Below are positions 15,751 through 31,430 of a DNA stretch of 64,000 nt, piece by piece. The notes beneath the pieces were generated by a model that had not been told where the DNA came from, did not search any database, and saw nothing but the letters and a program-made list of their open reading frames with translations. The stretch is from the human T2T-CHM13v2.0 reference genome, Homo sapiens: assembly GCF_009914755.1 (NCBI RefSeq), contig NC_060925.1; one strand, 5' to 3'. Position 1 is the first letter of the stretch. The number at the start of each line of letters is the position of its first letter. The position numbers and the translations under genes are program-made.

Positions 15751-16249
15751 TTTCAAACTCAGCTATAATTCTTTTATTTATCTCCTCTTTTCACAGATTG
15801 TGGTTTAGTATTAATGATGTCTCGTGGTTCTCATAGTGTTATTGTTTGTTTTCTTATTTTTACCAGTTCTATTTTGTTTAGTCCAATTTCTGCTACCAAG
15901 TACCACCGAGTATTGTTGTTGTTCCTGAATTTTATGTTTATCATAATAAAGACATCAATTTTCAATTTCTTTGCAAATAATTTGTTCTTACTCATTTGGC
16001 ATGTTATTGATCTAATGAAAATTTCAGAGTAAAGAATAGGGGGTTGTGGGGTATATGCTAATTTGGAATGAATGCCCTATGCATATTTTCCCAAGATAAT
16101 TCAAAGATTTGAATTTATTTTCCTCTAGCACTTCTGATTGATGTTGAGTCAGAGAAGGCTAGCGGACACCAGTCAGTGGCTGCAGAACCAGCAATAACCA
16201 AGCCCTTTATACAAGCATTTTTATGCTCTCCATGAAATAGAATGGTTAG

Positions 16250-18507
<2,258 letters not shown>

Positions 18508-18699
18508 GGCATGATTTTGTGTTTATTTTTAATTTTACTATAAGGAAAATGTTACAGATAAGAAGTACTTTAGTGACATTTAGGTGGTTAGGTGCCAGGG
18601 TGAAGGGAGGTCTGTAGTGATGTATCCTGAGATCCTGTCCTGTCTGACTTGTATGACATGCTTTGCAATTATGTTGCAATTATTTGACTGGAAACCTAT

Positions 18700-19730
18700 A
18701 AAGAAGTCATGTTTGCAAGAGCTATCAACAATGAAAATTAATTGATTACAAATTGATTATAATTTTATTTTTATGTGAGAAGTCAACATACTTAAGTTTC
18801 ACATAGGAGAAAAGAAAGATAATTGCTGTTTTATGTTTAACAAGATGAGTAAATACAGGATGAAGAACATGTGACTCAACAGCAGTTCATATAAAATATC
18901 CTGAGGTTTTTCATTGGCCACAAATTCAATACAAACAAAAAATACCATTCAGTTGTTAAGAAAAGAAAGTAAACATCCCTTTATATTTTTGATGAAATAG
19001 AAATCGAGGATTTAATAGACACATTTTAATAAGGGTCGATACAACCACATCTGCGTATTCAGTTCCAGACCCTGTATTTTAAAAATAAACATTTTGATGT
19101 AAGTGGGGTTGTGGCTACATTGTGGAAGTTTCCCTAGCCTTCTCATTTTACAAACATTTGAGAGAACTGAAGATGTATGTCCTGGAGAAGCAATAACTAA
19201 AAAAAGACTTAATATCTGCATTCCAAGGTTCAAAGCTATCACATAAAGTTGTATCTACTGTGGCTTCAAATGCCAGAAGTTTCATCAATTCAAAGAAACT
19301 GGAGGGGATCTTTTAAACTTTTTTCTCTGACAGATCTTTCAAAGAGAGTTGTTGTTTCATAAAGTACTGAGGAATCTGTCATGGAAAACATACAAATAGA
19401 AATCAACCAGCCCTGTGCCAGAATGATTGCAGCAAGCATTTCTTTTTGAGTAAGTTAGACTATGTATCTCCAAGGTAGTGGTTCCCAACATTTTCCAAAT
19501 CATGGCACAAAAGAAAGAAATATTTGTGTCTCACAGTGTGATTAATTGTGATAGGCCATTTAAAGTGAGACACAATTGGCTGAAGCTCAGCCCATCCCAC
19601 TCCCTGTTGGTGGCTGGAAAGCTCTCTCCACTCACCTCTAACCTTTTCAGAGTACACCATTGTGTTGTGGCACATGAGTTGGAAGAACTTTACTCAAGTC
19701 ATATCCAACTCTAAGACTGCATGATTCTCC
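18700..19730 (+). mobile_element. CR1/L3 LINE 3' region
   Basis: tacaggatg...acagcagttcat...ctgaggttttt...ccacaaattcaat...accacatctg...ttcagttc matches CR1 ORF2 C-terminal region. Confidence 0.7.
19476..19690. mobile_element. hAT-Charlie-type MITE nested in CR1
   Basis: Imperfect TIRs tagtggttcccaac / gttggaagaact. Confidence 0.5.
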
Positions 19731-20948
19731 ATTAGAGGATGGAAAGATCCTTTGTTTTCCCAGCAAGAAATGGCTTCCATTTTAGAAACTAAATGGCAGG
19801 AAATAGAACAAATGTAGATGAAATGTATTCTTGCTTCTGATTCTTATATCATTGCTACAGGGTTCTGATCCTCAAATCTGAAACTGGGCAAATAATTCTG
19901 GATTTTTATTATTCCGGGAACTTGTCTCCAAAACCAGGGTACTACTTCATAATAAGTCAATTACTTATTCTGTGCAAAGAAGTAAGGAGAAACAAATCAG
20001 AATATTTGATCTGTAGCAAAGAAATAACAGCTTCTGCAGAAGAAAGCATATTGAGCAGAATGCTAGAATAACAAATGATAATGTCCTTTTCAAAGGGAGC
20101 TAACAGAGCTGCAAGATCTTGGACTATGTCCATATTTAGTTTCCCATGTCAGTTCTGAATTTTTAGCTGCTTAGATCTAAGTTTTATTTCAGCTGGAAGG
20201 ATTGTAACTATTTATGTCATATTGAAGATATCAAGTGGGCAACCAATTTATGACTACATATCAAGGGAAATTATATTATACATTTAGCCATGAGCTCAAT
20301 TTTTTCCACTAAGAAAGTCTTCCTTGCTAGAGGACTACTTGTCTTTTTCAAAAACACGGCTTCTTGGATCTCAACTCTTTTGTAAAATCTTTAAGATGAG
20401 AGAAAGGGATGAAGGATCTTGTCAGAAAGAGAAAACAGATCTCCCATGTCCAATACATGTTTGTTCTGGATTTTCATCATTTAAAAATTTTTGTCATTTT
20501 ATACAAATAATGCAAATTAGTAATAATTTGCTAACAATGTTATGGTTATTTCTTATTTTCCATTTTTTTGGTAACAACTGCTATAGTTTGGATTTCTGTT
20601 GAATTAATATTTATTTATTTCTTATTTCTCACAGATCACCCTCTTAGATTATTTCTAAATGTTAGGACAACTCTGATACCTGCCCTCTGAATCACTCGCC
20701 ATCATTTCTCTGCCCTTTCAAACAAGAGTAATCAATTTATCCTTGCATTCTGCCAGATCCTGTTTTTCATTCGTATGCTCTTTCACACAAACACCTCCTT
20801 TGTTCTGTTTTTCACATTTTCTATGTTCCTACTAATTTATTTTTGTCTGTGTGATCTATGAGTTATTGGAAGATGTATATTAAATCTTTTGATAATGGAT
20901 GTATTAGTTTATACTTGTGGGCATTTGTGTTGGTTTTTGCTTTACATA

Positions 20949-21597
20949 CCGTCCATTCTCATTGTTTTTAATAGTTCTGTTTTATAAAGTTGCTGTGAGT
21001 ACTGAATTAGTGAATGTCGAACCATTATTCTGAGGGGAAATACAGGGTTAGGTTCCTGTGAGTCTCTGGTCAGAATATTTCCATCAACTGACCAACACAT
21101 AAGTTTGTGTGTGTGTGTGTGGTTTTATTTAAAGGTACTTTATTTAGCATACATTGTTGATTCATTAACACAGAATTTATGGCCAACGGCATCATAAATC
21201 ATGCTTGAACAAAGCTTATCTAATACAAGTATTTTCTTTATAAGGTACATTATAGCCTGCTTATGAAAACTAGACAGAATTTCAGCATTACACTTAGGGG
21301 CCGTTTTAAACTGTGAAATCACCAAGAAAAAGCACAAATGTGAAAGACGCAGAACTACATAGACCGTGAAAAGAACACCTGGTTACAGTGTGAGAGCTGA
21401 AACAAGAAAGCAGAACGTCACTTTCTTCAGCCTCAACTGGGAAGGTGCATTTAGGGCAACTCAAATGTTTTGCTACTCTGTACATGTCTGAAAATGACCA
21501 CAAAAGTCCTATGACTATTGCTTTTGGGGTTAGAAATAAATTTCAGTGAGTGGGAGAATTTGCAAATATGGAAACCCCAAATAGCGAAGATTGCCTG
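20949..21597 (-). mobile_element. MER82 (TcMar-Tigger MITE), full length
   Basis: ~650 bp, TA TSDs at both ends, gagagctgaaacaagaa, ggggttagaaataaattt, gagaatttgcaaatatgga. Confidence 0.9.
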
Positions 21598-21850
21598 TAT
21601 TTGAAACTGCTATTAGGTGCATATAAGTTTAGAATTATTATACCTTCCCAGTGAATTCAACCTCTTATAAATAAGGAGTGAATTTCTTATTTCTAGTAAT
21701 GTTATCTGCCTTAAAGTGTATTATATTTGGTATTAACTCTGTATCAGCTTTCTCTTGATTAACATATGCCAATCTTTTTTACATTCAACTTTCCTGTCCT
21801 TGTGTGTTTTTTTTAAAGATGTATCCTCTTAAACATCTTTAATTGTACAG

Positions 21851-21943
21851 TACATAGACAACACCACTAATTTGCATGTCATCTTTATGCAGGAATCATG
21901 CTAATAATTCTGGTTTTTGTATATGTGCTGTCCAAGTGAGCAC
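21851..21943 (-). pseudogene. RNU6: U6 snRNA retropseudogene (diverged, 11-nt internal deletion)
   Basis: Minus strand GTGCTCACTTGGACAGCACATATACAAAAACCAGAATTAT-TAGCATGATTCCTGCATAAAGATGACATGCAAATTAGTG aligns to U6 from nt 1. Confidence 0.9.
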
Positions 21944-23089
21944 TGTACTTATGTTTTAAGTCTCCCTTTTAAAAAGAGCTTTTGGATGTACTTAAAAAAA
22001 AACAGTCTTTAAAAGTAAAAAACCTTCTGTCTTTCATTGGAAATTTTAGTCCTTTTATAGTTACTGTGATTAACTATTTGGATTCATTTCTATCCTATTA
22101 TTTTGTGCTTTCTGTTTTTCCCATTTGTACTATATTTTTTCTTTCTTTTTTTGTCTTTATTTGTATTGATGAAACTTTTTCTTGTCTTCTATTTTTTCTT
22201 CTAACTGCAGAAAGAATTTTTAGCTATTGACTCAATTTATCTAATATATGTAAGACCGATCTAATTTCTATTTTATCTTGAATCAGTTTAGAGACTATGT
22301 TCATTTCTTTTCTTGCAATGGTTATCACAGATATGTTAGCATGTATATTTTATTTAGGGAAAATCGAATGGAACCAGGCACCAACATTTGAACATTACTT
22401 ATATTAGAATTATTAGCTCTAAGGAAATTTACTTCATTATTTGTGGAGAAGAGTCTAATGATTTTTTTTTTTTTAGGGCAAACGTCGAGCTTTCCTCTGG
22501 GCTCCAATGTAAAAGAAGTGGATAGCGGCTGACTAGTGTACATATTATGTATGCAGACTTTGAAGGAATCCCCCTTGTTTTTAGCTGTTCTTCCATTGCT
22601 CCTGGAGACTCTGAGCTCAGAGATTTTCTAGGCTCTGATGGGCAGAGTGGCTCGTTTCCTCCCTGAAGTTTCCTTCATGCCACATTCTGGATTACAACCT
22701 CCTCCAAAGAGTGTCATCTGTCAATATAATGTCATCTCTTGATTTCTCTGTTTTCTTTTCTTCACTATAATAGGTAATTCTATGTTTTAGCAGAGCTAAA
22801 TACATCGCCTTCATCTTCAATCCTGGAGACTAATTCCTTATTGAAAACAAACTTTACTATTTTATTATTTATTACTATTATTATTACTAATAATAAATAT
22901 TACTATTTATTATTAAAAAAGTAATAAGGTACATTTTAGTTACTTGGACTATAGAGAAATTATAGAAAAAATTAAAAATCCACCCACAATCTTGTAATCT
23001 AGAGATTACCATTGTCAATATTTCTGTATTTCTCTAGTATTCCTACAACATACATTTCAAGGTGTCTAGGGTGAGCCAGAGCTTAGATT

Positions 23090-23315
23090 TTAAGAATAGG
23101 TTGACATGTGTACTGGAAGGTTTAAAATGTTAGCTTCATCAATAACAAGGTGTATGGCTTAGGGTAAATCTCTTAGTCATTCTGGACTGTTTCCTCTCCT
23201 GTACAATGGAAATAATAATATCTAATTGGCTTATTGTAAGCAATACATGAATTAACACATGTAAAATGAGTAGAAGAGTGCCATGCACAAAATAAAGACT
23301 ATATAAATGTTAGCC
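23090..23315 (+). mobile_element. MIR SINE
   Basis: tgtttcctctcctgtacaatggaaataataata...acatgtaaaa...agtgccatgcaca. Confidence 0.75.
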
Positions 23316-23399
23316 ATTTTTATCCCTTCTACCCATGCAACTGCAAATGAGAGCTTTGTAAGTGAGGAAATTCATCCATCTTTATATGAATCTTGCCTA

Positions 23400-23666
23400 C
23401 CTTGTTATAGCAGCTGGTTTTGGCATGGCCAGTTGAACCTAGTGGGAACCATCACATTAGTTGCTGACTTGGGAGAATAAACTGACTAGATGAAGAGAAG
23501 AGAGAGAGTTTTTGTGGTGCTAGCTCCAGTTACCCTGATACTTTTTGCACTCTTTGTGCTTCTGTATCTTATCTTCTTGTGGCTCTGTTAGGTGAGCAAA
23601 ATCTTCCTTTTGCCTATCCAATTTACAGTATTTTCAGAGTCAAATCAAAGAGTCTTGAAGAATACA
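23400..23666 (+). mobile_element. ERVL LTR fragment (LTR16/LTR33-like)
   Basis: 3' end ...caaatcaaagagtcttgaagaataca. Confidence 0.4.
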
Positions 23667-23694
23667 TTTATTTTCCTGGATATCAATATTTTCC

Positions 23695-23900
23695 TGGATA
23701 TCATTTATTAGACAAACATTTCTACTATAAATATTAAAGACTTTGCACACGTATACCCATCTAATGTTTACCACAGTCCTATGTAATATGTATTATAATC
23801 GCCACTTAATATTCAAGGTTACTGTGACACAGAGAAGTTAAGAAACATTCTAAAGCAGGGAGTCTAGGTCCAAAATCTATGTTTTTAACTGCTATGCCAT
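23695..23900 (-). mobile_element. MIR SINE
   Basis: actgtgacacagagaagttaag...tttttaactgctatgc. Confidence 0.65.
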
Positions 23901-24253
23901 GTTGACATGCCCCAGTCACTTGGACTACACTCCAATTTGCAATATGCAAAGAGAATGTAGATTCCTTTGATAGAATTTACACACCAAAGAATCTTATGAA
24001 CCAACATCAGTCTGCTTACCAACTCTCTCTCTCACACACGCACTGAGTAGAGATGAATCACTAAATTAGTCTAATCCAGTAAAATTATTCCTTCCTAATA
24101 TTTTAATTAGTGCCTTTATTTTTTTCCCTTGCCTACCATCTCCTCCAGGTGACATCTGATTGTATAAAGGATATTTATTTATTTGAGATTTTGTCTCAGA
24201 AGCGAGTCCAGAAAGAAAGGAGCTCTGCCTGGGGTTTCCTTTTCTGCCTGTGT

Positions 24254-24296
24254 GGGTGATGGTATGTTTGGGTGATGGTATGTTTGGGTGATGGTA
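24254..24296 (+). repeat. 16-bp tandem repeat GGGTGATGGTATGTTT x2.7
   Basis: Read directly; perfect copies. Confidence 0.92.
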
Positions 24297-24521
24297 GGGG
24301 CAGGACTCCTGCGTACCAGGGTTGTAGTATGGTTCTTAAAGCTGATCAGCGACTTTTTTTTTTTATTATATTATACCTTTCCTCTACTTACTTGAGAAAA
24401 TAAGCTTCATATGCTAGGGGACATGCTTTATAGAAAAATAATATTTTATAAAGTATTTTTATTCTAACTGTAATATGGCCATTCTAGTTTTCTGTGGGTA
24501 TTCTTTTATCTAAAATGTGTA

Positions 24522-24854
<333 letters not shown>

Positions 24855-25983
24855 TAGTAAGTTTCTTATAAGAAACCAGCTTTATTTTGTTTAAAACCCC
24901 AAGTCATGCTTTTGCTTTTTAATTGATATGTTTAATTGCCAGAGTGTGTACAAGTTCTCCATTAATTTTGCCTGTGATTTGGTGGGATATTTTGATTTTT
25001 AACCTTAAGCCAGATCCTTTTGTATCTCTGCTGTCATGGCAGGCCATTCCCTTTTGTCATATACAGATCATGCTCTCTTAAACATCCCCACAAATTTTCT
25101 TCTGTCTTTTGAAGAAGACGATTTTCAGTGATATGTTTTTCTTCTCAGACTTCAAAGCAAAGGCTACTTCTCCTTGATTTTAGGTATCTTTTCAGAAACC
25201 ACATGACATTTTTCTGTTCCCTCCACTCACTCCTGAATAAAAATTTTTCATTATCCAACAAGTGGATGGGTAATGACTGCAGTGTTCCTAGCCTATTTTA
25301 ATGTCCACTTGCGTGCTGGCATCTAGCTCTGAAAGACACTTTTGTGTTCTTGACCCTTAGCTCTATTTGTTGAGTACCATGGCCATTTGTATACAGAGGC
25401 CTGCTAGGGGGGCTTCTCTCTGCTTCAGTTGTGGGTATCTTTTCCTTGTTAAGTGGATCATATGCATTAGCTGTTCTGCTTTATAAGTGAGGAAAATGAA
25501 AGACTAAACACAGTAATGATATCAGTGCTTCTATCTCTCCTTTTAATATTCTTCTGTATATAACTCAACAGTCCTGCATGCAGTGTGCACAGCCATGCAG
25601 TTCCACTTCCTGTCACATTGTATACTGGGAGTTTCAATCTCTGTCTGACTTTGTAAATAAAGGCTCTGACAGGGGAGCGGCTGAGAGGAGGACAAGGTTC
25701 AGAGTTAAGTTGCTCGTAATTCCAGTGCAGTTGAGGTAGGTCTTTTTTAAATGGTTGGTGTATCACTTGCATTCTGGGATTAGTAGTACATGGCTGGAGT
25801 TAGTCAAAATGTTATATCTAACAGTCTTAGGGTCTTCTGTATTCTGATGAGGTTTGTGGAATATATCCAGACCTTTCACCCAAGTCCACTAAATATCACC
25901 ATCAGTAAAATCGTAGTTTAAATAAGAGAATATGGCATTCCCAAAGCTTTGATTTATAATGCCATTAAAAATTTTCATCTTTT

Positions 25984-26309
<326 letters not shown>

Positions 26310-26499
26310 TTAGTGTAGTGCTTTATTGCTATTCTGATAACCTGTTAACATGAGGACTTACCATCTCATCTTTATTCTCAGTCTGATTATATATTTACAC
26401 CACCTCCTCCTTGAAGGATATAGTACCCAAAGCATGAAAGAATGTATTTGGAGAACAATTGGATATATGGAGTTAACAAATCCTTGTTTGGTAAATTTA

Positions 26500-27190
26500 T
26501 CTATCAGTTCATTTGTATATCAATTTATCTACCATCAGATATCAGAAGATTTAATGGTCTTTTAAGTTGAGAGAAAGAGCATGTGCAAAATTGGGAAACC
26601 AACCATCACATCACATTCCATCATGTAATAAGAATACCTAGATGTTTGGTGCTGCTTTAAATGTGAACAGAGTAATGGGAACTGAATTTACTAAGGCAGG
26701 ATGAAACCAGACTTGCTAAGCTGGTGTTTGGACTTTACCCTGTTGGCAGTGTGGAAACAATGAAGGTAATTAAACACCAGAGTGACTTGGTTCAGATTTG
26801 TATCTCAGGGATTTAGCAACTGAGGCATCCACTGATCAGCTGGAAAGTGCAGGGACCACAGACAGGACTACCAGCTTGGAAACTGTTATAATAACTTAGG
26901 TGAGAGTTTCTAAGGGCCCACATTAAGACAGTGGTCTCATGAAGGTTGGAGAACAGCGGAGGTGAGAGATTTAAGAAATACTTAGCTGATAGACCAATTA
27001 GATTATGGATTTGATGCGATGGGGGAGAGAGAAAGAACAGTCAAGGATTATAGTTGAGTACATGTTATTTGGATTAATGGATGCACATTAATTTCTCACA
27101 CATTAAGGCATGTGGAAGGGGCAGCAAATATCTGGGGTTTGACCTTGTGTTATTTTAAATTTGAGGTATCTGAAAGACAACCAGGTGGAA
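26500..27190 (-). mobile_element. L2 LINE fragments
   Basis: ttggactttaccctgttggcagtg, gattatggatttgatg, ttaaatttgaggtatctg...ccaggtgga. Confidence 0.6.
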
Positions 27191-27194
27191 AGAA

Positions 27195-27698
27195 ATTAAT
27201 ATTTATTAACCACCTACTAAGCACTTGTACAGTGTTGGAAATTACACATGTTGTTTCATTTTATTCTCCCAATAACAACATTAAATTTAATAATTTTATT
27301 TTACAGATAAGGTTCCTGCCTTCTGTACAACTTAATTAAGTTGCAAATTCTTGTTGATAGTAGCAAAACTTCCTGATTAATGTAGTGTAGCCCAGAGTTG
27401 AACCCAGTTCTAGCTGTGTCTTATTCACACACTTCCAGTGATGAAAGGCTAAAGGGTATGGGGTGGGGTTGGAGAGCAGTCAGTACAAAGACCCTGGAAA
27501 CAGAGTGCCTGGTTCATATCCCACCTCTGCAAGTTTTAAGTTTTGTGGCCTAAAGTAAGATCTTTAAGCACCCTGTGTCTTATCTTCATCTTTGATTAAA
27601 TAAAGGACAAAACAATAGTGGTATCTGTTGCATAAGGTTGGTTTTTGAAGTTTAAATGATATGAGTGCATATATGTGTATGTGTATTATGTATATATC

Positions 27699-27734
<36 letters not shown>

Positions 27735-27835
27735 GAATAAGTGCATATTATATACACACATAGATATCACTCAAAAACAGTTTCTGGTATGTGTTTGCCC
27801 TAGGTAAGTGTCGATAATTATTATTACTATTATTA
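27195..27835. mobile_element. Two MIRs (minus, then plus); the second contains a (TA)14 repeat at 27704-27731
   Basis: MIR cores attttacagataagg and gcctggttcatatcccacctctgc; TA repeat read directly. Confidence 0.7.
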
Positions 27836-28489
27836 GTGTTATGACATTTGCATTTCATGTGAAATCATCTCTTAGAGAGTTGGAGATATAGGTACAGAGG
27901 CCAGGAAGAAAGGTTATGGATCAAATATTTTGATGTAGGTCATAATTAGAGTCAGTGAACTGAAATGATTTTTCTTTTAGTTTTAAAAGTTATTTTGAAT
28001 ATTTAAGAATCTGACTTTCTGGGAGAGAGCTTTCTTTTGTAAAAGGAGACTTATATTTATAATATAACAATAATAATTCAACCAAAGCACATACTTCAAA
28101 AATCTTCACCTGTGCTTTTCTTTTAATATGTTAAAATCCCTTTGGTGTGCTTGATAAATTAAATTTATCTAGGTTTTCTAGAAATGCTTTTGGGATTTTA
28201 GTAAGGAGGAAAAAAAGCAGTTTTCATATGTAAGTGCAAAGTACAAAGCAATTTTTTCAGAGTAATGTAATAAGAAATCCACAAAAGTCCTGATGGATTC
28301 AAACTCCAATTCTTGCACAGTATTTCAAAAGAAAATTATGATAAAGGGAAAGTGTTCCACAGATACATGAAGCTGAGATTTGTTTTCAAAGTAATCTTAT
28401 TTTGGGTTTGAAACTGGTAACTTTCTCAATTGTTCCAAAAATTCTGAACCTCTGCCCAATCTGTTATTACAGCAGTTTGTAAATGCTTA

Positions 28490-28910
28490 ATTTTGCTAAT
28501 TTATTCATTGATATGTCAGATATCTTTTGATCTCATATAGGTTCTAAGGACTGTGTTAAGGATTCAGATATATAGGGCTGACTAAGGAACAGTTCTCTAT
28601 GACAAGGAATTCACAGTCACATGGGAGAGACAGGGAATGGATTATTAAACGCAGGTTATTATGGAACACAAAATAGACAACTAACATTGTTTGGGGGAAG
28701 AAAGTTTTTCTGGAGGAAATGACACTGAGCAGAATCTTTAAGGATATGTAGGGTGAACCAGGTAGAAAGGAGGAGAAGGGGGAAAAATGTTCTAGGTAGG
28801 GGGAAACAGCAAGAGTAAAGTCGTCCAGGTGAGGTATAGCCTGGTGAAGAAAGAAAACTCCTACTTAGCCCTGCAGTGCTGCTGGAGCATAAAGGGCAAG
28901 GCCTGGCTGC
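28490..28910 (-). mobile_element. L2 3' fragment
   Basis: caaggaattcacagtc...gggagagacag, ctggaggaaatgacactgagcagaatctt. Confidence 0.7.
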
Positions 28911-30438
28911 ATTCTAGGTAAGTGAGTGATGACTTTAATTAGATCAATGGTGAAAAAGATGGAGGCAACAAACATGGTCACATTTTATGACTATTTACTC
29001 TTTCAATGAAGAAAACTTTCTCAGCTAGATAGGAAATCCAGAAGACAATAAAAAAAGTTTGGGAAACTTGACCACATGCAAGTGACAGATAAAGATGTAA
29101 ACTTCTTGATAGGTGAATTACTAAGAAATCAATAAGGCATATCCATATAGAAGACTGTGTTCTTCCTGCAACTGGTAGGATAGAGTCTAGTCCTTTTGAA
29201 GATTCAGACTCTGAGAGAAGCTTCTCTGCTTGAGCTGACTCTAACATGTCAACAGCTACCGTATGTCAGCTGGTTAAGATCATAACTTTCAAAACGATCC
29301 CCCAAGCCCATTACAGACAGCAGCAAAGAAATAATGGGAGGTATCTATCTCTTAGCTTGTCTGGTCCTCTAAGCTGGGTGATATATATAAGATGATGTGC
29401 AGAGTGACTACACATTTAAATATATCAACCGTATAATGTATTAAGTAAAAGACTTGTAAGGTTTTTGAAAAGACTAACTATACATTTAGTCATAGGAACT
29501 ATTAACTATATCTGCAACCTACAAAGACCCCTTACACACCAATAATAACACTCCTCTCATGGGAGCAGAGTTTTTCTTGTTTAGCAAATATATCTATATT
29601 AAAATGACAGAGCAATGTCCTTTTGGGGGAAACTTCTCTTATAAACTGATATCAACTGACTTTTGAAATTTTCAAAATGAAATTTTAGTCTAGAAATTGC
29701 AGAGGTGTTTTAACTCTACCTCATCTGACACCTGGGCAAATTGACCCACTCATAGGCATAACTCAGAAGAGAGTAAGTAGGCCCTGTTCTTAAATCTCAT
29801 ACATGGTTTAGCTTGTCCTTTTCTCCAATAGAAGGAATGGGCATCTCCCTCATTCTTCTTCATTCTCTAAATCCTGAGATTAATCTGTTAATCTGAGCTG
29901 TCTGTGAAGACGGATCCACAGATAAGGCTACTGCCTTACTGGATTTTCATGGCAGGGAGAATTTGTTGGAACTATATTTACATATATTTACTTGTTTTCC
30001 TTTTTATAAGCTATTAGGTGCACTTTAATAAAGGAGATAAATTAGAAAAGGGTATAGAAGAAAACAAAACACCATGTCCTGTTGCACATATTGTATAAAT
30101 TCTCAATATCTTCTTGTTCCCACAAGGGTATTGAGTCCCTAAATCCTATTAGAGAATACAGATCGAGTTTGTAAACTGAAAGATCTCTGGAAATAAGTTT
30201 GGTCATAGTTTATGAGTTTAACTCAGTTATGTATTTCCTAAACTAAAATCAATTTCATTTTTATTCTTAACCACAGAAACAAACATACATATTTGAAGTC
30301 TTATTTTAGACATACTTGATTGAAGTGGTCAAATTCTTAAATTTAAAAAAAAAAGGCTTGTATTTGAAAAAGGAAAATAAAACAACAACCACAACAAAAA
30401 GACAAGACAGAAATACTAAGCAACTTTATTTCATCCAG

Positions 30439-30572
30439 GTGCTGCTTGAAAATACAACAAACGGTCTTCAGAATACTTTTATGTGTTGTTGAAAGAAAGC
30501 ACTGCAGCTAATATAGCTACAAAGGAGAAACAGTTATTCTTAAATGTCATCTATTTGCTGGACCTGAACAGG
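30439..30572 (+). other. Candidate non-coding (lncRNA/UTR/poison) internal exon, 134 nt
   Basis: Branch-like TACTAAG (30414-20), ctttatttcatccag acceptor, CAGG|GTAAGG donor; stops in all three frames; repeat-free context. Confidence 0.4.
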
Positions 30573-31149
30573 GTAAGGATTCAGACTTGATTCATTCAAT
30601 TACTATTCCCAGCAGTGTTCTCACCAGCATATTGCTTTTTTGGCTGCTCAAGAAAGTTGAAATAAGATTGGGTTGTATGCAAGAAAGACCTTAAAGAAAC
30701 AAAGAGCAGGTTATTGGCTTTAAAAACTAAAGAAAGTACATTTTATATTTTATGTTATTTAAATGAATTGAAATATAATGTATTTTATTTTTTTAACCTC
30801 AGAAAATGAAGCTTTTGGAGTGATAAAATAAATATGAAATCCAAAACATGAGTCAAAATGTTGTCTTTCGTGAATTTCAAAACTTAGCACTCTAGTTTTA
30901 TGATAAATGTATTCTATTTATTGCAGTGTACAAAAATGCATAAGTTAAAAACTAGTAGAATTAGATAAACATATTTTTCATCACTATTATGTCCATTTTC
31001 TCTTTACAAATCAAATGTTTGAAAAAGATGCCTTATGCCTCAAAGCTATTTCACTGTATTCAAAATATTTGCTGTTACTAGAAAATGATTTTCTAAAGGA
31101 ATCCTGTTTATTGATTTTTGTAATAAGCCTAGCCCAGTATAGTTCTTTT

Positions 31150-31430
31150 TAAGTACATTTTTAAAACTTAAAAATAAAAATTGTATATACTTATAGTTTA
31201 CAACACAATATTTTGAAATATTCATACATTGTTCAATGGCTAAATCAAGCTCACTAACATATCCATTTCTTCACATACTTATTTTCTTTTGTGGTGAGAA
31301 CACTAAACATCTTTGAGCAATTTTTATGTATGTAATAAATTGTTATTAACTGTAGTCATCATGCTGTACCACAGATTTTTAAATTTCTTCTATCTAAAAT
31401 CCTGTATCCTTTGACTATGTCTCCCCACTG
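31150..31430 (-). mobile_element. L1MA-type 3' end fragment
   Basis: aaaattgtata...tacattg...aatggctaaatcaagc...gtggtgagaacact...ttattaactgtagtca. Confidence 0.85.

Larger units (their letters stand above)
20820..22320 (-). mobile_element. Ancient L1M ORF2 (endonuclease region) relic, interrupted by MER82 and the U6 retrocopy
   Basis: tattaggtgcatataagtttagaatt, tgccttaaagt..., tcagctttctcttgatt typical of antisense L1 ORF2 5' part. Confidence 0.7.

Noticed and set aside
28960-29400. Possible ancient RT or coding relic (ORF 28978..29247)
   Set aside because: Only faint resemblance (LIDF, WISYL); cannot be supported without an HMM search.
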